A DNA stretch of 64,000 bases from an uncultured Bacillota bacterium (GCA_938003915.1 CALKWV010000061.1:5683-69682), one strand, 5' to 3'; positions 50,856 to 62,006 are shown, counted from the first letter of the stretch. Program-made: numbers and translations. Notes: generated from the sequence alone by a model not told the origin.

Positions 50856-51576
50856 TTTTGATTTTTCCTGGTGAACGGGGATATTTTTTAGGAGTTTTAG
50901 TATTCTTTTGTATTATAATTAGCTTATGAGTTTTTTGCGAAAAAGGGACTGAAGCTGTTCTTATCTGGGGCTCTTTTTGTCCAGAAAGCATCTCAATAGC
51001 CCTACTTGCTTCTTGTAATTCTTTGTCAGCAGCGGGACCTTTGTAGGATACAAAATACCCGCCCACTTTAACAAAAGGTATAGAGTATTCAGCCAATATA
51101 TTTAAAGATGCAACTGCCCTAGATACAACAAAATCAAAGTTTTCTCTGTATTTTTCTTCCCTGGCTAAATCTTCGGCACGGGAGTGTATAATTTCAATAT
51201 TTGAAAGTCCAAGTTCTTCTGCAACCACTTTGAGAAACTCAGTTCTTTTTTTCAATGAATCTAGCAATACTAGCTTTACATGGGGTTTCATTATCTTTAT
51301 AGGTATTCCTGGAAAACCAGCGCCGGTTCCCACATCTATTATAGAGTGATGATCCTCTATATTTATCTCATTAAGGATGGATATAGAATCTAAAAAATGA
51401 TCTACTATTATCTCTTCGGGTTCTGTTATAGCTGTTAAGTTCATCTTTTTATTCCATTGAATTAATAGGGATATATATTTATCAAACTTGCCCAGCTGTT
51501 GGTCAGTTATATCCATATTTAGAATCTGAGTTCCTTCTTTTAATTTTGACAAATCATGCTCCATCCCTGCCACCAT
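50842..51576 (-). CDS. rsmG: 16S rRNA (guanine527-N7)-methyltransferase
   Basis: 244 aa. SAM motif [17 protein letters not shown]. Overlaps the mnmG 3' end. An alternative start is ATG 51564. Confidence 0.9.
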   Translation of the reverse strand: MVAGMEHDLSKLKEGTQILNMDITDQQLGKFDKYISLLIQWNKKMNLTAITEPEEIIVDHFLDSISILNEINIEDHHSIIDVGTGAGFPGIPIKIMKPHVKLVLLDSLKKRTEFLKVVAEELGLSNIEIIHSRAEDLAREEKYRENFDFVVSRAVASLNILAEYSIPFVKVGGYFVSYKGPAADKELQEASRAIEMLSGQKEPQIRTASVPFSQKTHKLIIIQKNTKTPKKYPRSPGKIKKSPL

Positions 51577-53446
51577 CTCTCTTCATCTTTTCCAAATAAA
51601 TCATCAAGACTGAAATATCAGCAGGCGAGACTCCAGATATTCTGCTTGCCTGTCCTATGGATTCAGGCTTTATCTCATTTAGCTTTTGTCTTGCCTCCAG
51701 TCTTAATCCCGATATTTTACTATAGTCTAAATCAATTGGAATTCTTTTAGATTCCATTTTTTTAAACTGCTTTGCCTGTCTTAATTGTTTCTTTATATAT
51801 CCCTCATATTTTATAGAAACTTCCACCTGCTCCCTATCCTGCCTAAGTTTTAGCTCACCCGGACCAGCTAAATGCTCTATGTCATTATAGGTTATTTCCG
51901 GCCTTTTTAATAGTTCATATAAACTAATACCGCTTTTTATTAGCGAACTACCCTTCTTTTCCAGATACTTTAATACTTCTTCTGTAGGTGAAATAATAAA
52001 TTCCTTTAGTCTCTTAATTTCTTTATCTATTCTTTCTCGCTTTTTCATAAACCAGTCATAACGCTTTTCATCAACTAATCCTACTTTATATCCAATTTCA
52101 GTCAATCTCATATCTGCGTTATCCTGCCTAAGGAGCAAGCGGTATTCTGCTCTAGAAGTCATCATTCTATAAGGTTCATTGGTTCCCTTGGTTACAAGAT
52201 CATCTATCAATACACCTATATAGGCCTGAGATCGATCTAAAATAAGGGGTTCCTCACCTCTAATATATTGAACTGCATTAATACCTGCCATTATACCTTG
52301 AGCAGCGGCTTCCTCATAACCCGAACTCCCATTTATTTGGCCTGCAAAGAAAAGACCATCAATAGCCTTGCTTTCCAAGGATAGCTTAAGATCCTTTGAA
52401 TAAATACAATCATACTCTATAGCGTATGCAGGTCTCATAATCCGCACATTCTCCAGTCCAGGTACACTTCTGTACATTTCCCTTTGAACATCTATGGGCA
52501 TACTGGTAGATAGACCTTGGGGATACATCTCATTTGTATACTTTCCCTCTGGTTCAATAAAAACCTGATGACTTTCCTTATCAGAAAATCTTACTACCTT
52601 ATCTTCAATGGAAGGACAATACCTGGCCCCAACCCCTTCTATACTTCCTGAATACATAGGGGCTCTATGAAGGTTTTCCCTAATAATATCATGGGTTTTT
52701 TTGGTAGTATAGGTTAACCAACAGGGTACCTGCTCCCGCTCAATGGTATCATTCAAAAAAGAGAAAGGAATTATCTCCTTATCCCCATGCTGAGGTATCA
52801 TTTTTTCGTAATCTATAGAATTGCCATCAATTCTAGCAGGGGTTCCTGTTTTAAACCTTTGCAACTTAAAACCTAGGTCCCTTAAGTTGTCGGATAAGCG
52901 ATTGGCTGGGGAATATCCATTGGGACCGCTATTTACACTATATTCACCAATTATTATCCTGCTTTTTAAGTAAACCCCTGTGGCTACTATTGCTGCCTTA
53001 CAAGTATAAATATCACCTATGGCTGTCACTGCCCCAGTAACTCTACCATTTTTAACTAAAATTTCTGTAACCTCACCTTGTATAATTTCTAAATTCTCCT
53101 GTTTTTCAAGGGTACTTTTCATAAGTCTATGATAGTCATGCTTATCTGCCTGGGCTCGTAGGGAATGGACCGCTGGTCCTTTGCCTGTGTTTAGCATTCT
53201 TATTTGTATAAAACATTTATCTATATTAAGGCCCATCTGCCCTCCTAGTGCATCCACTTCTCGCACTAGATGCCCCTTTGATGTACCTCCTATAGAAGGG
53301 TTACAGGCCAGCATTGCAATATTATCAAGATTTGTGGCAAAAACAGCAGTCTTATAGCCCATTCTCGCTCCTGCCAACGCTGCTTCGCAGCCTGCATGAC
53401 CACCGCCTATTACAATTATATCGAAATCTCCTGCTTTAAGTCTCAT
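51554..53446 (-). CDS. mnmG: tRNA uridine-5-carboxymethylaminomethyl synthesis enzyme MnmG (GidA)
   Basis: FAD motif [15 protein letters not shown]. Start taken as ATG 53446 (MRLKAGDFD..), which has AGGAG 5-6 nt upstream. The track start is TTG 53470. Confidence 0.9.
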   Translation of the reverse strand: MRLKAGDFDIIVIGGGHAGCEAALAGARMGYKTAVFATNLDNIAMLACNPSIGGTSKGHLVREVDALGGQMGLNIDKCFIQIRMLNTGKGPAVHSLRAQADKHDYHRLMKSTLEKQENLEIIQGEVTEILVKNGRVTGAVTAIGDIYTCKAAIVATGVYLKSRIIIGEYSVNSGPNGYSPANRLSDNLRDLGFKLQRFKTGTPARIDGNSIDYEKMIPQHGDKEIIPFSFLNDTIEREQVPCWLTYTTKKTHDIIRENLHRAPMYSGSIEGVGARYCPSIEDKVVRFSDKESHQVFIEPEGKYTNEMYPQGLSTSMPIDVQREMYRSVPGLENVRIMRPAYAIEYDCIYSKDLKLSLESKAIDGLFFAGQINGSSGYEEAAAQGIMAGINAVQYIRGEEPLILDRSQAYIGVLIDDLVTKGTNEPYRMMTSRAEYRLLLRQDNADMRLTEIGYKVGLVDEKRYDWFMKKRERIDKEIKRLKEFIISPTEEVLKYLEKKGSSLIKSGISLYELLKRPEITYNDIEHLAGPGELKLRQDREQVEVSIKYEGYIKKQLRQAKQFKKMESKRIPIDLDYSKISGLRLEARQKLNEIKPESIGQASRISGVSPADISVLMIYLEKMKRDGGRDGA

Positions 53447-53454
53447 TCTTTCTC

Positions 53455-54837
53455 CTACTTTCCTAAACAAAACTCGGAAAAAATTTTATCAATTAAATCT
53501 TCGGTTACCGTCTCACCTGTAATGGCACCTAAAGAATCTACGGCACTTCTTAAATCAATAGATACTATATCCATGGGTAGCTCATTATCTATGCCTTCCA
53601 AAGCGTCTAGAAGATATCTACGTGCTTTATTTAATGCCTCTTGATGCCTAATGTTGGTTATCATTAGGTCATCTGAGATTTCCAGCTCCCCTCTAAAAAA
53701 CATTTTATATATTATATCTTCTACTTTGTCAATGCCTTTTCCCAGAGTTAATGATGTTTCTACTATTGGAATTTCACTGCCTATTAACTCTTCTATTTGC
53801 TTCCTATCTAACTTAACAGGCTTGTCTATTTTATTTAGAATAACCAATGCCTTTCTGTCTTTAAGATATTCTAATATTTCTCTATCCTGATCTTCTAATG
53901 GAGATGAAGCATCTAAAACTGTAATAATAAGATCAGCGTGTTCAATATTTTGCTTGGATCTTTGTATCCCAATTTGCTCAACTTGGTCTAAGGTTTCCCT
54001 TATTCCAGCAGTATCAATTATCCTAACTGCAACGCCTTTAATATTTATAAACTCTTCTATTACATCCCTGGTAGTTCCGGGTATGTCTGTTACAATAGCC
54101 CGTTCTTCCTTCACAAGAGCATTTAATAAAGAAGACTTACCTACATTGGTCTTGCCAATTATAACAGCTTTAATTCCCTGCCTTATTAATCTGCCATGCT
54201 CTGCAGTACTAAGTAGGTTTTCAATATCATTTACTATATGATTTATATCATTTCTAATAGACTGACTAGCAACTTCATCAATATCTTCCTCAGGATAATC
54301 TATAGTAACTTCTATATGGGCCATGATATCAATAAGCCGTTCCCTCATTCTTTTTATATGCCCGGATAGGCCACCTTCCATTTGATTAATAGATGCCTTA
54401 GCAAGCTTTTCGGTCTTAGCACAAATCAAATCCATAACTGCCTCGGCCTGAACTAAATCTATCCTTCCATTTAGAAAGGCCCTTTTAGTAAACTCTCCTG
54501 GCTCAGCCAACCTGGCTCCTTTTTTTATAACCTCTTTAAGTATGCTAGTTATAGGAATTATACCACCGTGACAATGTATCTCCACTACATCCTCAGCAGT
54601 ATAGGATCTTGGTCCTTTCATATAGGCAAGCAAAACTTCATCGATTATATTTCCCTCTTCATCTACTACTTTTCCGTAATGTAGGTATCTATCTTTAAAG
54701 GTTTGATTTTTCTTACTGCCAAAAACAAATACTTCTTTTGCAATATCTAAAGCTTTAGAACCACTAATCCTAACAATCCCTATACCTCCTTCTCCCGGAG
54801 GGGTAGCAATAGCAGCTATTGTATCTTCAAAAAACAT
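53455..54837 (-). CDS. mnmE: tRNA modification GTPase MnmE (TrmE)
   Basis: 460 aa. [22 protein letters not shown]-terminus, G-domain [14 protein letters not shown] and DTAGIR, and C-terminal CLGK. Confidence 0.9.
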   Translation of the reverse strand: MFFEDTIAAIATPPGEGGIGIVRISGSKALDIAKEVFVFGSKKNQTFKDRYLHYGKVVDEEGNIIDEVLLAYMKGPRSYTAEDVVEIHCHGGIIPITSILKEVIKKGARLAEPGEFTKRAFLNGRIDLVQAEAVMDLICAKTEKLAKASINQMEGGLSGHIKRMRERLIDIMAHIEVTIDYPEEDIDEVASQSIRNDINHIVNDIENLLSTAEHGRLIRQGIKAVIIGKTNVGKSSLLNALVKEERAIVTDIPGTTRDVIEEFINIKGVAVRIIDTAGIRETLDQVEQIGIQRSKQNIEHADLIITVLDASSPLEDQDREILEYLKDRKALVILNKIDKPVKLDRKQIEELIGSEIPIVETSLTLGKGIDKVEDIIYKMFFRGELEISDDLMITNIRHQEALNKARRYLLDALEGIDNELPMDIVSIDLRSAVDSLGAITGETVTEDLIDKIFSEFCLGK

Positions 54838-54873
54838 ATCTACTCTTCCTCCTGTTAAACTAGAAAAAGTTAA

Positions 54874-54893
54874 CCCAGTATATTTATACTGGG
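54874..54893 (-). terminator. Putative terminator or attenuating hairpin downstream of jag
   Basis: 8-bp stem cccaguau/auacuggg with a 4-nt loop. A U-run follows after a 5-nt spacer on the minus strand. Confidence 0.4.
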
Positions 54894-54924
54894 CTATTTT
54901 TATACATATTAAACAATCAAATTT

Positions 54925-55542
54925 TTATTTAAGGGTTATTACCACTCTTCTATTGGGTTCTTCACCTTCACTATAAGTTCTTACGTAGTTATCATTTTGC
55001 AAAGAGGCATGTATTATTCTTCGTTCAAAAGGATTCATAGGCTCTAATGTAATCTTCCTCTTAGTCTTAGCTACCTTATAACCTAGCCTTTTAGCCAGCC
55101 GCCTTAAGGTTTCTTCCCTTTTTTTTCTATAGTTTTCCGTGTCCAAATGAATTCGCTTGTAATTCTGGCCATCTTTATTAACCACTAAACTAGTTAAATA
55201 CTGCAGCGCATCCAAAGTTTCCCCTCTGTGGCCTATTAACAGTCCCATATTCCTTCCTTTTAATTCGATATTTACCTGCTCATCATCCTCTGATACATTT
55301 ACTATAGCTTCAACATTCATTAGATCCAACAGTTCCATCAAGAATTCTTTTGCTATCTCACCCTTGGTTTTCTTTACAGTAGCTCTTATCCTTGCATCTC
55401 TGGCTCCAATAATTCCAAACAGTCCCTTTACCGGCTCTTCCAAAATTTCAATCTCCAACATGTCCCTTTGAACACCCAATTGAGCAACCGCCATCAAAAT
55501 AGCTTCGTCAACGGTTTTTCCGCTGCTCTCAACAGATCTCAT
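54925..55542 (-). CDS. jag: RNA-binding protein Jag/KhpB (Jag_N, KH, R3H)
   Basis: 205 aa. GKTVDEAI N-domain, KH-like LIGHRGETLDALQYL, and R3H motif ERRIIHASL. Confidence 0.85.
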   Translation of the reverse strand: MRSVESSGKTVDEAILMAVAQLGVQRDMLEIEILEEPVKGLFGIIGARDARIRATVKKTKGEIAKEFLMELLDLMNVEAIVNVSEDDEQVNIELKGRNMGLLIGHRGETLDALQYLTSLVVNKDGQNYKRIHLDTENYRKKREETLRRLAKRLGYKVAKTKRKITLEPMNPFERRIIHASLQNDNYVRTYSEGEEPNRRVVITLK

Positions 55543-56549
55543 TTTTTTGCACCTTCCTTACCTGTTATTCCTTCAGGATATATCCGGTTATAAATTAGCT
55601 GCTGTACGATTTGAAATAGGTTACTAGTTACCCAGTAAATACTAAATGCCGATGTATACATTGATGTAAACCAGATGGACATAATAGGCATAATGGTACT
55701 CATACTTGATGTTTGTTGGTTATCTCCCTGCGGAACAGACAACTTAGTGTATAGATAGGAAGTAATTCCAGCTAGAGCTGATAGAATAAACAATCCATTC
55801 CAAGCACCGTTCCATCCACCTGCCATAAAGGGTATGGCTCTACCAATTATATCCCTCATAGGCGAATCAGCAATCCATACATTTTTAATCCATAAAAATC
55901 TAAGGCTAGATCCAGATGTTTTCAAAAACTCTAGAGCCTCAGCTGTGCTAATATTTTTAATTGCTTCTACAATAGCGGCTGTATTGGTATTCCCTGCTAC
56001 TTCATTAAGCTGATTAATAAGACGCTCATTGTTGGGATTGCTAAACAAACTAGTTAGTAAATCTCCTACATTTTGCCTTATTGCAGATGAATTTTGTACA
56101 CTTTCAAGAAATTGTTCAAGTATAGGGGCTATATCACTATTGGTATAGTTAATAAGGTTTACATAAAAAACTTCAAGTTGTGCGCTGGCTATGGCCCTTA
56201 AAGCAGCAAACATGGCAAACATAAGGGGAAGCTGCAGTAGCATGGGCAGGCACCCTCCCATGGGGTTTACCTTATGCTTTTGATAAAGTTCCATGGTCTT
56301 TTTATTTCTTTTTTCTGGATCATTTTTGTACTTTTGATTTATTTTCTGTAACTCGGGGTTCAATTCAGCCATCTTTCTAGTGGATGCCTTTGCTTTTAAG
56401 TCAAGAGGCAACAGTGCCAGTCTGGTTAAGATAGTAAATAAGACTATTGAAACTCCGTAATTTCCAACAACTGAATTTATTCCCGTAATAATTGATTGCA
56501 AAAAACCTACTAAAGCAGACCACATATTACAACACCTGCCCCTTGACAT
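55539..56549 (-). CDS. yidC: Membrane protein insertase YidC/SpoIIIJ with an unusually long loop insertion
   Basis: Conserved core: SIVLFTILTRLALLPL, MELYQKHKVNPMGGCLPMLLQLP, FLWIKNVWIADSP. A more likely start is ATG 56525 (MWSALVG..), which has AGGTG 7 nt upstream. Confidence 0.85.
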   Translation of the reverse strand: MSRGRCCNMWSALVGFLQSIITGINSVVGNYGVSIVLFTILTRLALLPLDLKAKASTRKMAELNPELQKINQKYKNDPEKRNKKTMELYQKHKVNPMGGCLPMLLQLPLMFAMFAALRAIASAQLEVFYVNLINYTNSDIAPILEQFLESVQNSSAIRQNVGDLLTSLFSNPNNERLINQLNEVAGNTNTAAIVEAIKNISTAEALEFLKTSGSSLRFLWIKNVWIADSPMRDIIGRAIPFMAGGWNGAWNGLFILSALAGITSYLYTKLSVPQGDNQQTSSMSTIMPIMSIWFTSMYTSAFSIYWVTSNLFQIVQQLIYNRIYPEGITGKEGAKK

Positions 56550-56619
56550 CTTTTCTTGATGATATATCTAAAAAACTCATTCCTCTCAATACCTCCGAAA
56601 GTTTTACCAATACTTAAAA

Positions 56620-56829
56620 TTAAACCAAGGGATCATATCCACCTGGATGGAAAGGATTGCATTTTATAATTCTTTTAAAAGCTAAAAAAGAACCTTTTAA
56701 AATACCATATTTATCTATTGCCAAAATAGCATAATTAGAACATGTAGGGTAGAATCTACAGCTGTTTGGAAACAGTGGAGATATGAATCTTTGATAAAAT
56801 TTGATAGCTCTTATTAAAATGTCTTTCAT
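56620..56829 (-). CDS. yidD: Membrane protein insertion efficiency factor YidD
   Basis: 69 aa. [19 protein letters not shown] signature. Confidence 0.9.
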   Translation of the reverse strand: MKDILIRAIKFYQRFISPLFPNSCRFYPTCSNYAILAIDKYGILKGSFLAFKRIIKCNPFHPGGYDPLV

Positions 56830-56842
56830 TTATTTTTTATCC

Positions 56843-57181
56843 CTACTCCTTAAATAAACCAGCCCTTTTAAGTAAGTTTTCCACCTGTTTTTCTAACTTC
56901 CCATAACTGGCATCCCTTGCTCCAACTCTGGCTATGAAAATAAGATCATAACCTGTCTTTATTTTATCCAATCTCAACCTACAGATTTCCCTTAGCCTTC
57001 TTTTTATCTTATTTCTTTGTACAGCTTTACCAAATTTCTTACTAATGGAAAAACCAAATCTAGAAACTTCTAAGTTATTTTTTCTATACACCAATACCAA
57101 ACAAGAATTTGCAAGGGACTTACCTCTTTTATAGGTATAGTTAAAATCTCTTCTCTTTCTCAAACGATATTTTTTATTCAC
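56843..57181 (-). CDS. rnpA: Ribonuclease P protein component
   Basis: 112 aa. Basic, with KKFGKAVQRNKIKRRLRE (RNR-like motif). Confidence 0.9.
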   Translation of the reverse strand: MNKKYRLRKRRDFNYTYKRGKSLANSCLVLVYRKNNLEVSRFGFSISKKFGKAVQRNKIKRRLREICRLRLDKIKTGYDLIFIARVGARDASYGKLEKQVENLLKRAGLFKE

Positions 57182-57272
57182 AAATATCCTCTCACTATAA
57201 GCGTCAAACTATAACTGCTAAAATCCTTATGAAACAGACTCCATGGTAGAAAAGGCCACCATAAAAGTGGCC

Positions 57273-57407
57273 TTATGCTGACAACCTCTTTCTACCTTTC
57301 TGCCTTCTTCTCTTTAATACCAGTCTACCATTCTTGGTACTCATTCTCTTTCTAAAACCATGTACTTTTTTTCTACGTCTATTATTAGGCTGATAAGTTC
57401 TTTTCAT
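57273..57407 (-). CDS. rpmH: 50S ribosomal protein L34
   Basis: Below the ORF-track size cutoff. The minus strand translates to [44 protein letters not shown] (44 aa). A hairpin aaggccac..guggccuu overlaps the stop. Confidence 0.95.
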   Translation of the reverse strand: MKRTYQPNNRRRKKVHGFRKRMSTKNGRLVLKRRRQKGRKRLSA

Positions 57408-57558
57408 TTACAATTTCTCCTTTCTTATGGTTGATAAGCAGCTTATATCTATATATAAACTCCTTTTCTTTGCACAATAAAACCATAATAGCACTTTACT
57501 TATAGTATTATAAGCGAATAAACCTTTTGCTGTCAAGAATATCAACAAATTCAATTGA

Positions 57559-57674
57559 TTATCCACAGATTATTTGATATTATATCTTTACTGTTGATAA
57601 CTTCCTGTCTATAATATAATATAGTAGGGATTAGTTAAAAGTTATACACATTCTGTGGATAACTTTGTGTATAA
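57559..57674. other. oriC: oriC, upstream DnaA-box cluster (rpmH-dnaA intergenic region)
   Basis: Perfect TTATCCACA at 57559-57567 (+) and 57654-57662 (-). One-mismatch boxes at 57592-57600 (TTATCAACA, -), 57642-57650 (TTATACACA, +) and 57666-57674 (TTATACACA, -). Confidence 0.85.
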
Positions 57675-57951
57675 CTTTTTTACAACTTTTTCTTTTTGGT
57701 GTAAAATCGCCTTTTTCCAGCTGTTAATACTGTTTATAACTTTTACACTTTTGTAGAAAATTATCCCTGCTTTTATATAAATTTTATTAAATGGTGAGTT
57801 ATTAACAAAAATATGGCATCTTTCAACAAAGGCTTCTACAAATACTTATTATCTGAAGCCTTTGTTTAAATTGCTGCTGATATAGATGGTTTTAGAAAAA
57901 ATATAATCGGTAAAAATATGTATTATAAGGTATTATTAGGAGGTTTCCTTG

Positions 57952-59283
57952 ATGGATCATATGGTTGTTAAGCTGTGGGAAGATGCTCTGCCCCTTATTA
58001 AGTTGGAGTTGACTGATGTAAGTTTTAATACCTGGATAAAAACTATAGAACCCTTAACTATAATCGATAATACCTTTTATCTAATGGTTCCCAACGACTT
58101 TACCAAAGGCATCCTGGAATCTAGATATATGGATCTATTAGTCAATTCCTTAAAGCGAGTATCTTCAAATGACTACGTTGTTACACTAGTACTACCCAAT
58201 GAAGCAGAAAAATATTTAAAACAAGAGCAGGAAGAAGAGGAAGAAAACGAAAACTTTAAAGCTGCTCTCAATGCTAAATATACCTTTGACTCCTTTGTTA
58301 TAGGAAATAGTAACAGATTTGCCCATGCAGCTTGTTTGGCCGTAGCTGAAGCTCCAGCTCATGCCTACAATCCATTGTTTATCTATGGAGGAGTTGGGCT
58401 AGGAAAAACTCATTTAATGCATGCTATAGGACATTATATCCTGGATCAAAATCCAAAAGCCAAGGTACTATATGTAACTTCGGAGAAATTTACCAATGAA
58501 CTTATTACATCTATTCAAACTAATAAGAATGTGGAGTTTCGCAATAGATACCGTAATGTAGATGTACTACTGATAGATGATATTCAATTTATCGCGGGAA
58601 AAGAAAGTACTCAAGAGGAGTTTTTCCACACCTTTAACGCTCTTCATGAGTCAAATAAACAAATTGTTATATCCAGTGATAGACCTCCTAAGGAGATACC
58701 TACCTTAGAGGATCGATTGCGGTCTAGGTTTGAATGGGGCCTGATTGCTGATATCCAGCCGCCAGACCTAGAAACCAGAGTGGCTATATTAAGAAAGAAG
58801 GCAGAACAAGAACAAATAGAGGTGGATGATGAAATACTTCTATTTATTGCCCAGCGCATACAGTCCAATATTAGGGAATTAGAAGGGGCATTGATAAGGA
58901 TTTTGGCTTATTCTTCTCTCAATAATAATAGGCTGGATCTTTCAATAGCGGAAGAAGCCCTAAAGGATATTATATCCAACAGTCATCCTAAAGTTATAAC
59001 TCCAGCTTTGATTATGGAAGTGGTAGGCAGTTATTTTGATGTGAAGATTGAAGATTTTAAGTCTAAGAAGAGAAGTAGATCCATAGCCCATCCAAGGCAG
59101 ATAGCTATGTATTTGTGTAGAGAACTTACCGATCTTTCTCTTCCTAAGATAGGCGAAGAATTCGGGGGCCGAGATCATACCACTGTTATACATGCCTATG
59201 ATAAAATTACCAACGATATCGCCAATGATCCTGAATTAGCTAAAACTGTGAATCAAATTCGTAAAGAGTTAGAATCCATATAA
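57952..59283 (+). CDS. dnaA: Chromosomal replication initiator protein DnaA
   Basis: AAA+ motifs [15 protein letters not shown] and LLIDDIQF. Domain [35 protein letters not shown] 57952 has AGGAGG 8 nt upstream. The track start is TTG 57949. Confidence 0.95.
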   Translation: MDHMVVKLWEDALPLIKLELTDVSFNTWIKTIEPLTIIDNTFYLMVPNDFTKGILESRYMDLLVNSLKRVSSNDYVVTLVLPNEAEKYLKQEQEEEEENENFKAALNAKYTFDSFVIGNSNRFAHAACLAVAEAPAHAYNPLFIYGGVGLGKTHLMHAIGHYILDQNPKAKVLYVTSEKFTNELITSIQTNKNVEFRNRYRNVDVLLIDDIQFIAGKESTQEEFFHTFNALHESNKQIVISSDRPPKEIPTLEDRLRSRFEWGLIADIQPPDLETRVAILRKKAEQEQIEVDDEILLFIAQRIQSNIRELEGALIRILAYSSLNNNRLDLSIAEEALKDIISNSHPKVITPALIMEVVGSYFDVKIEDFKSKKRSRSIAHPRQIAMYLCRELTDLSLPKIGEEFGGRDHTTVIHAYDKITNDIANDPELAKTVNQIRKELESI

Positions 59284-59302
59284 AGCAGATTTGTGAAAGA
59301 AT

Positions 59303-59440
59303 TGTGGATAACTTTAATAAGTTTTATTGTTGACTCCACAAAGTTATCCACAGCTATTTGTCGAGAATTTCGCCCTAATTTGACATAATTCACAAAATCA
59401 CAGTCCCTACTGCTAATACTACTAAATTATTATATATATT
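59303..59440. other. oriC: oriC, downstream part (dnaA-dnaN spacer): DnaA boxes, GC cluster, TAN-trinucleotide run and AT-rich unwinding candidate
   Basis: Perfect boxes at 59303-59311 (-) and 59344-59352 (+). Degenerate boxes TAATTCACA (59386-59394) and AAAATCACA (59394-59402). Then GTCCC, then TAC TGC TAA TAC TAC TAA ATT ATT ATA TAT ATT (59408-59440). Confidence 0.6.
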
Positions 59441-59462
59441 CAACAAGCTCAGGAGGTATTCC

Positions 59463-60563
59463 ATGAAATTCACATGTTCACAAAAAAAATTAGCTGAAAG
59501 CATAAATATTGTTCAAAGGGCCATTAGTTCCCGCACCACCCTTCCCATACTAGAAGGAATTTTCGTTAAAGCTTATAAAGGTGTGCTAAAACTAATTGGC
59601 AATGATTTGGATTTAGGTATAGAGTGTTTCTTAGATGCCAATATCCAGCAAGAAGGAGCTGTTGTTGTTCCCTCCCGTATTTTTGGGGATGTTGTACGCA
59701 GATTACCTGATGAGGAAATTGAAATTGAAGTATCCGATAAATATCTAGTCAACATAAAAACATTAAACTCCCACTTTCAAATACAGGGAATACAACCAGA
59801 TGAATATCCGGATCTTGAAAATGTTGAAGAAAATGCTCCTGTGGAAATTGAGCAAAATCTGTTGAAACAGATGATTCAAAACACCATTTTTGCCGTAGCA
59901 ACTGATGAAACCAGGCCAGTACTAACAGGAGGTCTTGTGGAAATCAAAAATGGTAATATTAATATGGTTTGCCTAGATGGTTATCGTTTAGCTGTAAGAC
60001 GAGGTAAGGTAGACACTGGCCAGGAAATAGATGTAATAATTCCCGGTAAAACCTTAAATGAAATAAGCCGTATTATAGATGACAGCGATGAAAAAATAAG
60101 CATAACCATAGATGATAAACATGTATTATTTGATATGGGATATACACGGATCATTTCTAGGTTGCTTAGCGGTGAATTTATAAATTATACACAAATAATT
60201 CCACAGGAGTATAAAACTCGAATAAAAGTGGATGTTAAAACTCTATACAATGCCATTGAAAGAGCTTCACTTATGGCAAGAGAAGGTAGAAATAACCTGA
60301 TTAAACTGAATATAAAAGAGGACAGATTAATAATAAACTCTAATTCAGAGTTGGGAACAGCCCATGAAGAGATACCTATCCATATGGAAGGTAGAGAAAT
60401 GCTTATAGCCTTTAATGCCAAGTATTTTATGGATATATTAAAGGGTATTGGGGATCAAGAAGTATATATTGATTTTACAACAAATGTAAGTCCTAGTGTT
60501 TTCAGACCCTTAGAAGGAGATAATTTCACATATCTTCTACTTCCTGTTAGGATTAGTGTATAA
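59463..60563 (+). CDS. dnaN: DNA polymerase III beta sliding clamp
   Basis: 366 aa. MKFTCSQKKLAESINIVQRAISSRTTLPILEGI N-terminus and C-terminal LLPVRI. Confidence 0.95.
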   Translation: MKFTCSQKKLAESINIVQRAISSRTTLPILEGIFVKAYKGVLKLIGNDLDLGIECFLDANIQQEGAVVVPSRIFGDVVRRLPDEEIEIEVSDKYLVNIKTLNSHFQIQGIQPDEYPDLENVEENAPVEIEQNLLKQMIQNTIFAVATDETRPVLTGGLVEIKNGNINMVCLDGYRLAVRRGKVDTGQEIDVIIPGKTLNEISRIIDDSDEKISITIDDKHVLFDMGYTRIISRLLSGEFINYTQIIPQEYKTRIKVDVKTLYNAIERASLMAREGRNNLIKLNIKEDRLIINSNSELGTAHEEIPIHMEGREMLIAFNAKYFMDILKGIGDQEVYIDFTTNVSPSVFRPLEGDNFTYLLLPVRISV

Positions 60564-60591
60564 GATAGAAATATAACTGGAGGATAGGAAT

Positions 60592-60810
60592 TTGGATAAA
60601 ATTACCATAAAAACAGAATTTATTAAACTTAATCAGCTACTAAAATGGGCCGGTATTGCTGATACCGGCGCCCATGCCAATCAAATGATCAAAAATGGGC
60701 TTGTAAAAGTCAATGGTGAGCTGGAAACTAGAAGAGGGAAGAAGATATATCCTGGAGATAGGATCTTGCTGGATGATGGATACGAGTTCCTAGTAGTCAG
60801 GGAAGGATGA
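60592..60810 (+). CDS. yaaA: S4-domain RNA-binding protein YaaA
   Basis: 72 aa, TTG start. IKLNQLLKWAGIADTGAHANQMIKNGLVKVNGE is an S4-like motif. Canonical dnaN-recF position. Confidence 0.8.
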   Translation: MDKITIKTEFIKLNQLLKWAGIADTGAHANQMIKNGLVKVNGELETRRGKKIYPGDRILLDDGYEFLVVREG

Positions 60811-60817
60811 TTATAAG

Positions 60818-61927
60818 TTGCATCTTAAGGAATTGAGCCTGATAAATTATAGGAATTATGTTAAATTAGAGCTAAACTTTAGCTCTAATTTAATTGTTTT
60901 CTCGGGAAGAAATGCCCAGGGGAAAACTAATATATTAGAGGCTATTTTTCTGTTAAGTACCGGAAGATCCCATAGGACCCCCAAGGATAAAGAACTGATT
61001 CGCTGGGGAGAAAGGGAATCTGTAATAAGATCCTTGGTTGAAAAAAAAGAAGGTTCCAGTCTTGTAGAGATAATGCTTAGCCTTAAGGATAAAAAGAAAA
61101 TTAATATAAATAGTATAACTGCACAAAGACTTGGTGAACTCATGGGGCATATTAATAGTGTACTTTTTTCACCTGAAGATTTAAAGCTGGTTAAGGGAAG
61201 TCCTACAGAGCGAAGAAGATTTATGGACATGGAAATATCCCAAGTAAAGCCAAAATATTTTTATAGTTTGCAGCAATATAACAGACTTCTTGGCCATAGA
61301 AATAACCTTCTTAAGGAAATCAATGAAAATAGTAGTCTTAAAAAAACTTTGCCTATTTGGGATGAACAAATAGCTAAAGTAGGAAGCTATATAATAACAC
61401 AGAGATTGGAATTTATTAATAAAATAGGAAAAATAGCCAAAGAAATCCATAAAGAACTCGCCCTTGGAAGAGAAGATTTGGATATAAAATACAATCCTTC
61501 CATTAACTTTAATCATAATGATGCTTCTAGTATAACGGAGGAGTATATAAAAATACTAGAACAAAATCATGAAGAAGATATAAAAAAAGGTAGAACAGAA
61601 AAGGGTTGCCATAGGGATGATTTAACTATTAGCATAAACGGAATGGATGTTAAAACTTTTGGATCCCAGGGGCAACAGAGAACCACGGTACTATCACTTA
61701 AATTGTCGGAAATTGAAATGATGTATAAACAAACCGGTGAATATCCTCTTCTGCTACTGGACGATGTAATGTCGGAGCTTGATAAATATAGGCAATCCAA
61801 GCTATTATCATATTTTAATAAAGTTCAAACTTTTATGACCATGACAGACTATTCAGATCTTCCTAATGATATAGATAGCAATATGGAAATATACGAAGTA
61901 TTTGGAGGAAAAGTGGCAAAAATTTAA
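60818..61927 (+). CDS. recF: DNA replication/repair protein RecF
   Basis: 369 aa. Walker A GRNAQGKTNILEAI, signature FGSQGQQRT, Walker B LLLLDDVMSELD. Confidence 0.95.
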   Translation: MHLKELSLINYRNYVKLELNFSSNLIVFSGRNAQGKTNILEAIFLLSTGRSHRTPKDKELIRWGERESVIRSLVEKKEGSSLVEIMLSLKDKKKININSITAQRLGELMGHINSVLFSPEDLKLVKGSPTERRRFMDMEISQVKPKYFYSLQQYNRLLGHRNNLLKEINENSSLKKTLPIWDEQIAKVGSYIITQRLEFINKIGKIAKEIHKELALGREDLDIKYNPSINFNHNDASSITEEYIKILEQNHEEDIKKGRTEKGCHRDDLTISINGMDVKTFGSQGQQRTTVLSLKLSEIEMMYKQTGEYPLLLLDDVMSELDKYRQSKLLSYFNKVQTFMTMTDYSDLPNDIDSNMEIYEVFGGKVAKI

Positions 61928-61934
61928 TTGTTTC

Positions 61935-61963
61935 TTTAAATATGGGATAAAATAGGGTATAAT
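61935..61963 (+). promoter_or_regulatory. Candidate promoter for remB-gyrB (TTTAAA - 17 nt - TATAAT)
   Basis: TTTAAAtatgggataaaatagggTATAAT lies in the recF-remB spacer. Confidence 0.35.
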
Positions 61964-62006
61964 AGATAGGTGGAGTCAAAAAGATATTTTAGTTTAAGAG
62001 AGGCCG

